A stretch of 64,000 nucleotides of DNA from Macrostomum hystrix (taxonomy: Eukaryota > Animalia > Platyhelminthes). Positions 13,001 to 22,825 of the stretch are shown here, piece after piece; position 1 is the first letter of the stretch; each line of letters opens with the position of its first letter. Below the pieces are notes generated by a model. The model had not been told where the DNA came from, searched no databases, and worked only from the letters and a program-made list of their open reading frames with translations. The position numbers were made by a program, and so were the translations under genes. The stretch is from the NCBI GenBank assembly GCA_950097015.1, contig CATNEN010000003.1:10664001-10728000 (forward strand), written 5' to 3'.

Positions 13001-13845
13001 ACCTCATGACGGCCGAAATGTGAGGCAATGAAGAGAGGTGATGCGCCTTGAACTTTCTCTTGAAGATTGACGTCGGCTCCGGCTTGAATGAGTGAGCGAG
13101 CCACCTTATGATGGCCTTCGTGTGAGGCAATGTAGAGAGGTGACTCGCCAGAATTTCTTTGAATATTGACGTCGGCTCCTGCTTGAATGAGTGAGCGAGC
13201 CACCTCATGATGACCGTTTTGTGAGGCAATGTAGAGAGGTGAATTCCCTTGAACTTTCTCTTGAAGATTGACGTCGGCTCCTGCTTGAATGAGTGAGCGA
13301 GCCACCTCATGATGACCGTTTTGTGAGGCAATGTAGAGAGGTGAATTCCCTTGAACTTTCTCTTGAAGATTGACGTCGGCTCCTGCTTGAATGAGTGAGC
13401 GAGCCACCTCATGATGACCGTTTTGTGAGGCAATCCAGAGAGGTGAGGCGCCCTGGTGTTGCTGAATGTTGATGTCGGCTTGTGCTCTGATGAGCGAATC
13501 CACAAGCTGCTGATAACCATTTCGTGATGCAATCCACAATGCCGTGGTTCCTCTCCAGTGCTGCTTGTCTACATCCGCCCTGCCGTGGATGAGTCTTATC
13601 AGGATGTCGTGTCTTCCGAATTCGCACGCAAGCATCGCTGGGGTATAAAATGTGCCTCTAAACGCAACGAAGGCGTCGATGCTCTTGCCACTGGCAATGA
13701 TCCGATCTACTGAGGCCACGTCGTCGTCCCTGATGGCAGCCAGCAGCTCCTCGTCAGTGAGTGACGCTTGTTGCTTCTCTTCAGGAAGCAGTGAGTTCAT
13801 CAGGAAAAGCACGACTCGTGAGAGCAAATTCAGAAAGGGGAACAT
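8113..13845 (-). CDS. Ankyrin-repeat + Mab-21/cGAS-like nucleotidyltransferase protein (candidate cGLR), 3 exons, ~1684 aa
   Basis: join complement(13845..10532, 10039..9690, 9503..8113). Intron 1: ATAAG|gtatgt ... cccttcag|ATCC, phase 2. Intron 2: TTCG|gtgaga ... tttctccag|CCTCC, phase 1. Total 5055 nt, open frame. Confidence 0.8.
10040..10160 (-). repeat. 52-bp tandem repeat that triplicates a splice acceptor
   Basis: Unit ccttcagagcctcccagcctcactgaaactcagcgctgccgcctcctctcac, ~2.3 copies on the minus strand. Confidence 0.85.
10532..13845 (-). CDS. Ankyrin-repeat exon (~30 repeats; exon 1 of the gene above)
   Basis: 33-34-aa repeats of the form [30 protein letters not shown]. The start could be Met1 (13845) or the second Met (13800). 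Confidence 0.95.
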
Positions 13846-14160
13846 TTTGCAAGGTGCGGTAAGCGATTCGATTTTCGATTGCAGCCAAATTAGTTTAGGC
13901 TCCCACCAAATAGCAGTATTTATAATTCTGCTCAGCCAATAAGAAGCCTTTCAGAGTTGCTTCTCTGCTCCGAGTTGCTCATTGGTTGTTGGCGAGAAGC
14001 TGCTATTGCTGGCGATATTTCATTTCTGTCTTATTTCTGTCTAAAAGGCGAGAATTCCGTTAACAAGTGAGAATTCTGAGAATAGGATTCTGATCGATAT
14101 GCGAAAAGAAAAAAATGTGATGGTGGGAATGCGTTTTTAACAAATGAGAATATTCAATAC

Positions 14161-14695
14161 CAGGTGAGAATTCTGTCTAACAGGTGAGAATTCTGTCTAT
14201 CAGGTGAGAATTCTGTCTATCAGGTGAGAATTCTGTCTAACAGGTGAGAATTCTGTCTAACAGGTGAGAATTCTGTCTATCAGGTGAGAATTCTGTCTAA
14301 CAGGTGAGAATTCTGTCTAGCAGGTGAGAATTCTGTCTATCAGGTGAGAATTCTGTCTAACAGGTGAGAATTCTGTCAATCAGGTGAGAATTCTGTCTAT
14401 CAGGTGAGAATTCTGTCTATCAGGTGAGAATTCTGTCTAACAGGTGAGAATTCTGTCTATCAGGTGAGAATTCTGTCTAACAGGTGAGAATTCTGTCTAG
14501 CAGGTGAGAATTCTGTCTAACAGGTGAGAATTCTGTCTAACAGGTGAGAATTCTGTCTATCAGGTGAGAATTCTGTCTATCAGGTGAGAATTCTGTCTAG
14601 CCGGTGAGAATTCTGCCTATCAGGTGAGAATTCTGTCTAACAGGTGAGAATTCTGTCAATCAGGTGAGAATTCTGTCTATCAGGTGAGAATTCTG
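14161..14695 (+). repeat. Minisatellite, 20-bp unit (caggtgagaattctgtctaw)
   Basis: About 27 tandem copies. Confidence 0.95.
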
Positions 14696-15015
14696 TTCAA
14701 CTGGTAAGGCTTATTTACTGAAAATATTCAGTCCTAGTGTCAGGGCTCAGGCACTCACAATAGCAGTCAGGTTCCAATAATTATCTTCTCTTGATGGAAT
14801 GATTTGACGAGACAGAAAAAATTAGCTTTTAATTTAAGCTAAATTAATTGATAATAGGATGATTGAGTTGGGCCCAAAGGAAGACACTGTTAATGAAAAT
14901 AAGAAGAGGAATATAAAGTACTCAAAATACTCGTATTTACTTTCTAAAATATTGTGACGTTTATAAACTTTATATTTCTATTTTTTGGTTCCAATTTTGT
15001 AATTCAGTATGAAAT

Positions 15016-16400
15016 TAGCTGGTTGAGCTAGAGCAGTCTCTATGAACGTAGCTGGATGAGCTAGAGCAGTCTCTATGACCGTAGCTGGTTGAGCTAGAAC
15101 AGTCTCAATGACTGTAGATGGATGAGCTAGAACAGTCTCTATGACCGTAGCTGGATGAGCTAGAACAGTCTCTATGACCGTAGCTGGATGAGCTAGAACA
15201 GTCTCTATGACTGAAGATGGATGAGCTGTTGCTATGACCGTAGCTGGATGAGCTAGAGCAGTCTCTATGACCGTAGCTGGATGAGCTAGAACAGTCTCTA
15301 TGACCGTAGCTGGATGAGCTAGAGAAGTCTCTATGACCATAGCTGGATGAGCTAGAGCAGTCTCTATGACCATAGCTGGATGAGCTAGAGCAGTCTCTAT
15401 GACCATAGCTGGTTGAGCTAGAGCAGTCTCTATGAACGTAGCTGGTTGAGCTAGAGCAGTCTCTATGAACGTAGCTGGTTGAGCTAGAGCAGTCTCTATG
15501 AACGTAGCTGGTTGAGCTAGAGCAGTCTCTATGAACGTAGCTGGTTGAGCTAGAGCAGTCTCTATGAACGTAGCTGGATGAGCTAGAGCAGTCTCTATGA
15601 CCGTAGCTGGTTGAGCTAGAACAGTCTCAATGACTGTAGATGGATGAGCTAGAACAGTCTCTATGACCGTAGCTGGATGAGCTAGAGCAGTCTCTATGAC
15701 CGTAGCTGGATGAGCTAGAGCAGTCTCTATGACCGTAGCTGGATGAGCTAGAACAGTCTCTATGACCGTAGCTGGATGAGCTAGAACAGTCTCTATGACT
15801 GAAGATGGATGAGCTGTTGCTATGACCGTAGCTGGATGAGCTAGAGCAGTCTCTATGACCGTAGCTGGATGAGCTAGAGCAGTCTCTATGACCGTAGCTG
15901 GATGAGCTAGAACAGTCTCTATGACTGAAGATGGATGAGCTGTTGCTATGACCGTAGCTGGATGAGCTAGAGCAGTCTCTATGACCGTAGCTGGTTGAGC
16001 TAGAACAGTCTCTATGAACGTAGCTGGTTGAGCTAGAACAGTCTCAATGACTGTAGATGGATGAGCTAGAGCAGTCTCTATGACCGTAGCTGGTTGAGCT
16101 AGAACAGTCTCTATGAACGTAGCTGGTTGAGCTAGAACAGTCTCAATGACTGTAGATGGATGAGCTAGAGCAGTCTCTATGACCGTAGCTGGTTGAGCTA
16201 GAACAGTCTCTATGACCGTAGCTGGTTGAGCTAGAACAGTCTCAATGACTGTAGATGGATGAGCTAGAACAGTCTCTATGACCGTGGCTGGTTGAGCTAG
16301 AAAAGTCTCTATGACTGTAGATGGATGAGCACCTACTATGACCGTAGCTGGATGAGCACTTACTATGACTGTAGATGGATGAGCAGTTTGTATGACTGTC
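15016..16400 (+). repeat. Minisatellite, 33-bp unit (gagctagagcagtctctatgaccgtagctggat)
   Basis: About 42 tandem copies with a few shorter variants. Confidence 0.95.
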
Positions 16401-16434
16401 TAACAGGTAAGACATTCCTGTACTTTCATATTTT

Positions 16435-16576
16435 ATATGAAATCAGATTGCTTATTTGAGGCTCATATTATGATGTAATGGTCTCGGAGTTAAAGTAGTC
16501 TGTACCACAGACTACCGATTCCTCTCTCTGAAGGCGCCCATTAAACGTCTCTAAAATAAGCAATCGGATTTTATAT
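16435..16576. repeat. 23-bp inverted repeat pair (possible element end or MITE)
   Basis: atatgaaatcagattgcttattt (16435-16457) versus aaataagcaatcggattttatat (16554-16576): 21/23 complementary. Confidence 0.6.
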
Positions 16577-16863
16577 GGCTAGATTCTGCCTTCCTGGAAT
16601 CTGTTTTTTTGTACTTTTCACTTAATGGTCCCTAAATCGAGCCTTTTCGAGCCCAACGAAATCTATATTTAGAAATGAAACACAAATCAGACAAAGTTTA
16701 ATTAAACTAAAGAAGAACAATGAACGACCAAAACGATACACAACAATCGTAATAACACCAGGGCACACAAACTAATAGGATGCAAAATTTCGAAAGTATT
16801 TTTAGTCACTTTACTCAGTCCTGTATAGTCGTCCCTAAGACTCTTCGCATTTTCGTGTGTAGG

Positions 16864-17160
16864 TCATTTAAACATGATAGTTACCATGCCACACTCCACC
16901 TCGACACTCTTCACTCCATGCTCGACAGTACAATTGTTGTGTGCATCTCCTGAGTCGGAAGGCAGTGTTGTCTCAGAGTTGCAAGCGACACTGGTCGACG
17001 AGGAGCCCTGCACCACTCCTGATACCAGCAGCATTGTTTGGCTAGAGAGCCCAATGTAGCGCTCCAAAGCAGCAGATGTGTGACCTGTGACTCGACCGAT
17101 TTCAGCCCGCTCTAGGCCAGCGTCGCAGAGCCGTTGCCCACGTCTTCCGTATTCCGTAGA
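16864..17160 (-). pseudogene. Tyrosine recombinase C-terminal remnant (Crypton/DUF3504-like)
   Basis: Across one frameshift the sequence reads YGIRKTWAT-x-LCDAGLERAEIGRVTGHTSAALERY. This matches YR box II (HxxRxTxATxL..aG.....I...tGHxS......Y), with the first His replaced by Tyr. Confidence 0.65.
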
Positions 17161-18840
17161 GAGCCGTAGCCTCCATGATGCACTTTGCCTCATTGATTTT
17201 CACAGTCGCCGCTCGCAGCTTGCCTAGCACCACTTCCCCGATGTTCTCCAGCTCTGCACGGGACACCGCTCCCACGAAGACGCCATCCTGGTACACAATG
17301 ACGCTCGGGTGCTCACCCAGCAGCTTCTCCATCTCACGCTGAAACACCGAAGGAGAGACCTTAATGCCGTACGGCAGGCGGTTGAATCGGTAGCAGCCGA
17401 ACGGCGTGTTGATGGTGGTGGTGTCCTTGGACTCGTCCTCCAGCGGAATCTGATAGTAGACGTCAGAAAGGTCCAGTCGGCAGAACAGCTTCTTGTTGGC
17501 CATCTTGGAGAATGCGGTCTCAATTGACGGGGTTAGGTACGTTTGATCCTGCACCCACTGATTGACCACCGTGTAGTCTCCACAGATCCGCACCGACACC
17601 TTGTCCGACTTCACGGTCACCACGATCGGGCTGCCCCACTCAGACGAGGTTACCTTCTTGACTATTCCCGCCTTGTCCATCAGGTCCAGCTCCTTCTTCA
17701 CTAACGGCCGCAAAGCCAACGGCAGCTCGCGGGCTGGTTGAAAAATCGGCCGAGCTCCTGCCTTCAACCGAATCTCTCCTAGGGCTCCCTTGACGCCCAA
17801 CAGACTCTCATACCTGTTGTTGCTGGCTGGCCCCGCCTCGTTCGAATGGTGCGCTGGCAGCGAGCTCAACAGGTCCCTGCCGAGCAATCCGAACTTCTTC
17901 TGGCAGTCAATAACAGGCAGCTCCGCCGCGGTGAAACAGCCGTCAGAGCCATCAGTCTCCAGAAGGCACTCCAGGATGCCGATCTGCTTCATCACATGGC
18001 CGTCATAAGCCAGCATCCGTGACTTCACTGACTTTAGTGGCGGCCTTCCAAGATCCTCCCGGATCCTTTTCGAGATTAACGAGCACAAGGCGCCGCTGTC
18101 CTTCTCCATCTTCACCTGCTTGCTGTTCGCACCATGTAGAAGGCGGCCGGGCTGCCCTCGCCGCAGTAGAACACCGGATCGTCGCGGGTCACTACTGAGA
18201 CGGCACCCTTGGCTTCGGTCGGTGTGGCGAAGTGAGTCCTGGCGCTCCGACAGACCTTGGCGAAGTGGCCGTGTTTCCCGCACTGATTGCAGGTGGCCTT
18301 CAGGGCCCAGCAGTCAGTTGGCCGGCCATGTGACATTCGGCCGCAGCGCTGGCAGCTTTGAGCCTCATTCGGCTGCCTCTGCTTCCACTTCTGAACTGCA
18401 TTCACGCTATCCACTTCTAGCTCCTTTGCTGGCATCTCAGGTGTCAAGCTATCCATCTGGTGCACCGTGGAGTCCAGCGCAGCTGAGGCCCCTGACGAGA
18501 AAGTGCTCAACATCTGAAGCTGCTGAACATAGTCGGTGATCTGGTCGACTGATAACACAGCCGTGACCTCGCGCTCGAGAACCTTGCTCCTGACGTCATG
18601 ATTGTTAAGGCCGGCGATGAGTCGCATCTTGACCAGCTGCTCTGCTGGGTCAACGTCCTTGTCCTTCAGCTTTTCAAACTCGCACGCCACATCCTGTTCT
18701 CGAAGACGGGCGGCAAATCCGGCTATGGTCTCACCCTCGCCCTGGCGCAGGGACATGAAGGCCGCTCTCTCTCTGCGATCAACAGCCTCTTCTGCGGTTC
18801 CAGAAACTTTACGAGACTCGACTTGATGTCGTTCCACTTC
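17161..18840 (-). mobile_element. Decayed Ty3/Gypsy (Mag-like) LTR retrotransposon gag-pol fragment
   Basis: Gag carries two Zn knuckles (CQRCGRMSH...C, CNQCGKHGHFAKVC). Also present: protease KDSGA and RT motifs (WGSPIVV, RICGDY, LDLSDVYYQI, TPFGCYRFNRLPYGI). YxDD is mutated to YQDG, there is a frameshift near 18130, and no RNase H, integrase or LTR pair was found. Confidence 0.9.
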
Positions 18841-21800
18841 ATCTTTGAAAGCTGACTAGAAAGCTGAAATCTTGTTATTGTCAGCCATGCTCACTCAGCT
18901 GTACCCCTGTCAAGACCCACCCCTCCCTTATCGTGAAGAGTTTTGCGTGTTGATCAGACACACGAAACTCCCACTTCTAGACAATGGGGAACAATTGCCT
19001 AGGAATTTATAACAGTCACGTGACACTTACTGCAATTGCTTCTTATTCCTTAAGTATTTTGTAGTCTTCTGGGTCCTTGTAGTCCGGTAGTTCTCCTTCT
19101 CCTTGTTCTGGTCGACCGTGAGGTTTCAAGTCTGTGTTTCTTGAGTCTTTGTAGTCTTGTCTTCTTTTGTCTTCCTGGCAGCTGCTTGAGTTTATCTGTT
19201 GGCCAATAAATGACGAGAGCGAATCAGATTACTTGTCGGTTTCCTCGAGCTCGGAATTCACAATAGAAACGTGCGCCCTAGTGAACAATTGAAATCTCTC
19301 TTGTGTCTCTCTGATAGGTCCTCCTGAAGGGCGTCTTCTTCGTTACCTCCGAAAGATAACGGATGACTCAAATCAAATCAATCAATAATCCTCTAGGAAT
19401 GTATCCTAGGAAACAAGGAAACCTTTCTCAAATGTATCGACGATATGTGGCTCTCGTAAACTTAGTTCAATTCAACAACGATTGCTAGCAATAAATAACT
19501 CTGTCTAGTAAAGCGCTTACCACTTGTCTTTCCCTCAGAGATGAGTCCTCTTCTTCGTAGGGTGTTTTGAAGTCCGGTGGACCGCTCCGAGTCTGAATTT
19601 TCAGCTCGGATTCTCGCTTATATTTATATTAAAATTTTGGGGCGAACCGGTTTAGGACCGGGTGTTTACATTGGGCATATATGTTTGCACCGTGAGGTCA
19701 AACTTGTTTGTTCAGCTGCGTTTTGGGGGTTTTTCAGGTGAACATTACCATATTTGGAATTCAAGCAAATACAGCTGTCGAGAACCGGTTCTCCGGTTTC
19801 ATGTCACATGACTTTGTTTCTAAAAATAGCGCATGACTCATTCCTAAAATTAGATTAAACGTTATGGCTGAGGTTTCCTTGTGACATTACTTTAAGTAGC
19901 GCGTTAAGCAAAAGCATATTTTACAACTCTCTACAATCGGTTTATGCCCCCCCTGTTAGCGCAATAAATAAAATGTTCAAAGCCTAGAGTTTCTACTGGA
20001 GCTTGTTTACCGTCACCTAAACCTTCGCTCTAACGACCAAGTTTATTCACATTGGACATAGTTAGAAATGCTCTCCACCATAGCATTGTGATATTTTGAC
20101 TTAGGTCTCTCTTTACGTTGAGATTCCTAAATGAGGTCGGGTGTCCTACTCTTTGTGAGAGATTCTCTTTTCGCAACTCGAAAATAACGAAGACAAGACG
20201 ATTCAAATTCCAAGCTAAACAGCTGATATTTAAGTGTTAATCAGTAAATAAGAGAAAGCTATGATCACTGATCAATTCCCCTGGCAGCGCTCTTTTCGTC
20301 CCCTGCCAGGTACTGTACTTAATTCAATCCAATTCACAATTCGCACTAACAAAATCTCGATAACCGCAACACAAAACACGAACTCTACTCGATAATACGA
20401 CACGATAAATAACACAAATAAATCCTAGACAAACAGATAGTCCCGATGACAAACAAGACAAATAACGCGAAACCTAACCAGAATCCCTAACATAAACCCG
20501 AGGCGACCAGCAAGTACTTCTGCACCATGGCACAACGATAGTTCTATCGTGCCACACCTAATGTCTGTTCGACGGCGTCCCACCGATGATTGTCGGCGAT
20601 ATGGAGAGTGCTTCCGTGCTTGCCAATCCCTATCTAACACTCCGTCAGCAGTTGGCCAGACGTACCGAGCTCAGCGCAAGCTACTTACTGACGTGGGGTT
20701 GAGTGTGGGGGTTTTCTTTGACTAACTAGTTGGACCGGTTTACCTGTCCCGGTATCTATTTACTAGGATGCGTAACACGAATGAGAACAATATCAAGATC
20801 AAGAGCAAGAGCAAGGTTAAACGCGAGACCAGAATCACATGAGAACAATATTTCAGCGCAACAGTCAGTCCTACAGTCAAGCGCCCGCCCCAGCCCCCAC
20901 CAAAGCCTGGGTGCCGGCCGCGCCGCCCGTTCCCCCGCCAGGCCGACCCCGCCGGTTAACGAACCGGCCGCCGACCGGCCCGGCCCGGGGCGTCGCACCC
21001 AAGTCGGTTCACCTCAATCGGCCAGCCGTCCCCCCACCGGCTGGGCCCACCAGACCAGGGCCAGCCCGACGCCCCGGCTGTAGAGCAGGGGTGACCGGCC
21101 GGCCGCGTGCTAGGCCTGGCTGGGGTGCGCATGTACAAACAACTAACCTATAAGATACATTAAAATAATTCCTAATATTGACGTGCGCGAATAAGTCACC
21201 ACAAGTAGAAATATACGCATTATAAAAACATGCCGACACTACAGCATCACAGAGTGACTTCCGTTTAGCACCTCCGCGAGGCAGAGGATCAATGCGTCCA
21301 TTTGCAATAAATTGACCAAACAATTTGGGTCACGGTTCTTCGCGCGATGCCTAAAAGTCTACCGAAATCTTGCCAGTCCTCCCCGTTCTGAAATGCCTGA
21401 GCCAAGCGCTGCCGGTCCTTCGTAGAAATCTTGTTATGATCCGCGCTAAGCTATTCTTGCGCTGCTATGTTTGTCTGTGGTGCTTACTTTTTACTATGGG
21501 CAAACTTGATCGCAGTTTTGGCAAAGTTGAATGCAGTTTCAAGGATTTGTCTATGGTTCTGTAGCAGCAGCAGTTCTAGTTTCAAGCGATATTAAGCTTC
21601 AGCACCGTTAAGTTACATACTTGTTACTTAGACTTTAGAGCAAAGCCCCTAATATAGAGCGCATATAATATCCTCTTGTCTATGGTTAATACTGACACAT
21701 AAATACAGTCACTCAAGCCAGAAGTCTTAGCGGGGCGAGACCGCAAAGGCATAACGTCCTATCTTACGTTCCACTGCAAACATCTGCCTTTTTTAGTTGT

Positions 21801-22825
21801 AGCCTTTAAGACGGCTACAATTCAAACTATGGAAATGAGGGCAGGCTGAGCCAAGACATAGAAATATGTGAATAAATCCTCTCCGTGGGCAAAATTGAAT
21901 GCACTTTTGGCAAACTAGATTGCGAAAAGGTATATTAGCGTGAGCGTGCTAAGATGCGACTACGACCTCGCCCTCCCATCCTCTTCTGTTGAAGCTGCAC
22001 AGCGCCGATTCGACTGGTTTGTCGAGGTGTCGACTAGCGCCATTAATAAAGGCATGCCTGGATGCTTAGACAAGTATTGTCGAAGTCGTTTTTTCAGATA
22101 TTTTATACACAAATTATTAGGCATCTATCATAATCTCAATAATGAGTGATATAAAAAGCTTTTTCGAGTTCCTAAAATTCGTTTTTAAAGGCATTTTTTT
22201 CTCCAACGACGATGGTTGGAGTTCGGGAGTCGCAGTCATTGTGTTTGCCAAAACTTGTCAATAGAAACTGCTTGGCTTAGTGTTTACTCAGTTAAGCGTG
22301 GTCTCAAAATATAGAAGTAGATTACGTATAGCCGCTTTTGTTGTAAATATAATCTACTGTTTTTACAATGTTTTTCTATCCTGCTCAAATGAAGCCGAGC
22401 ACGCGATCGTCCTCTTTCTCGTGCTCATAGAGAAATTCTCATAGCAAATTTATTTTTAGTTTTCAACGGAAACTTCTTGCTTCTTTGTACCTTTATTATG
22501 CGGTAAACTTGTTATTTTCACTCATGACATCCTCTGTCTTGATAACAATAACATAGTCTTATTTCTTAGCCAATGAAAGCAGCCAGAATCTTTTGTGAGG
22601 AAATTAGAGAAGTCATTTTGTCACTGCATGGCTGTAAATTTCTTCAATCCTTCTTATTTAGCTATCGAGACATTATATTTAACTTATTTGTTGCGTCCTT
22701 GATACTAGCATAAGCTTGTTAATGTTTGCGTACTGAGCTGTTTAGATAAAAAATACCTATATATGTGCTCATAAATGCAACTGCATTTGCCAAGAAAGTG
22801 ATTTTCTCTGCGCACTAACACCAAA

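Noticed and set aside
10620-13532. Alternative-frame ORFs overlapping the ankyrin exon
   Set aside because: These are shadow frames caused by the repetitive ankyrin coding sequence.
14161-16400. CRISPR-like appearance of regular short repeats
   Set aside because: Units are head-to-tail with no unique spacers, there are no cas genes, and the context is eukaryotic.
18965-18990. tRNA-Leu-like primer binding site and LTR boundary for the Gypsy fragment
   Set aside because: Only a partial match (tgtctagaagtggga), it lacks the TGG start, and no second LTR is visible to confirm it.
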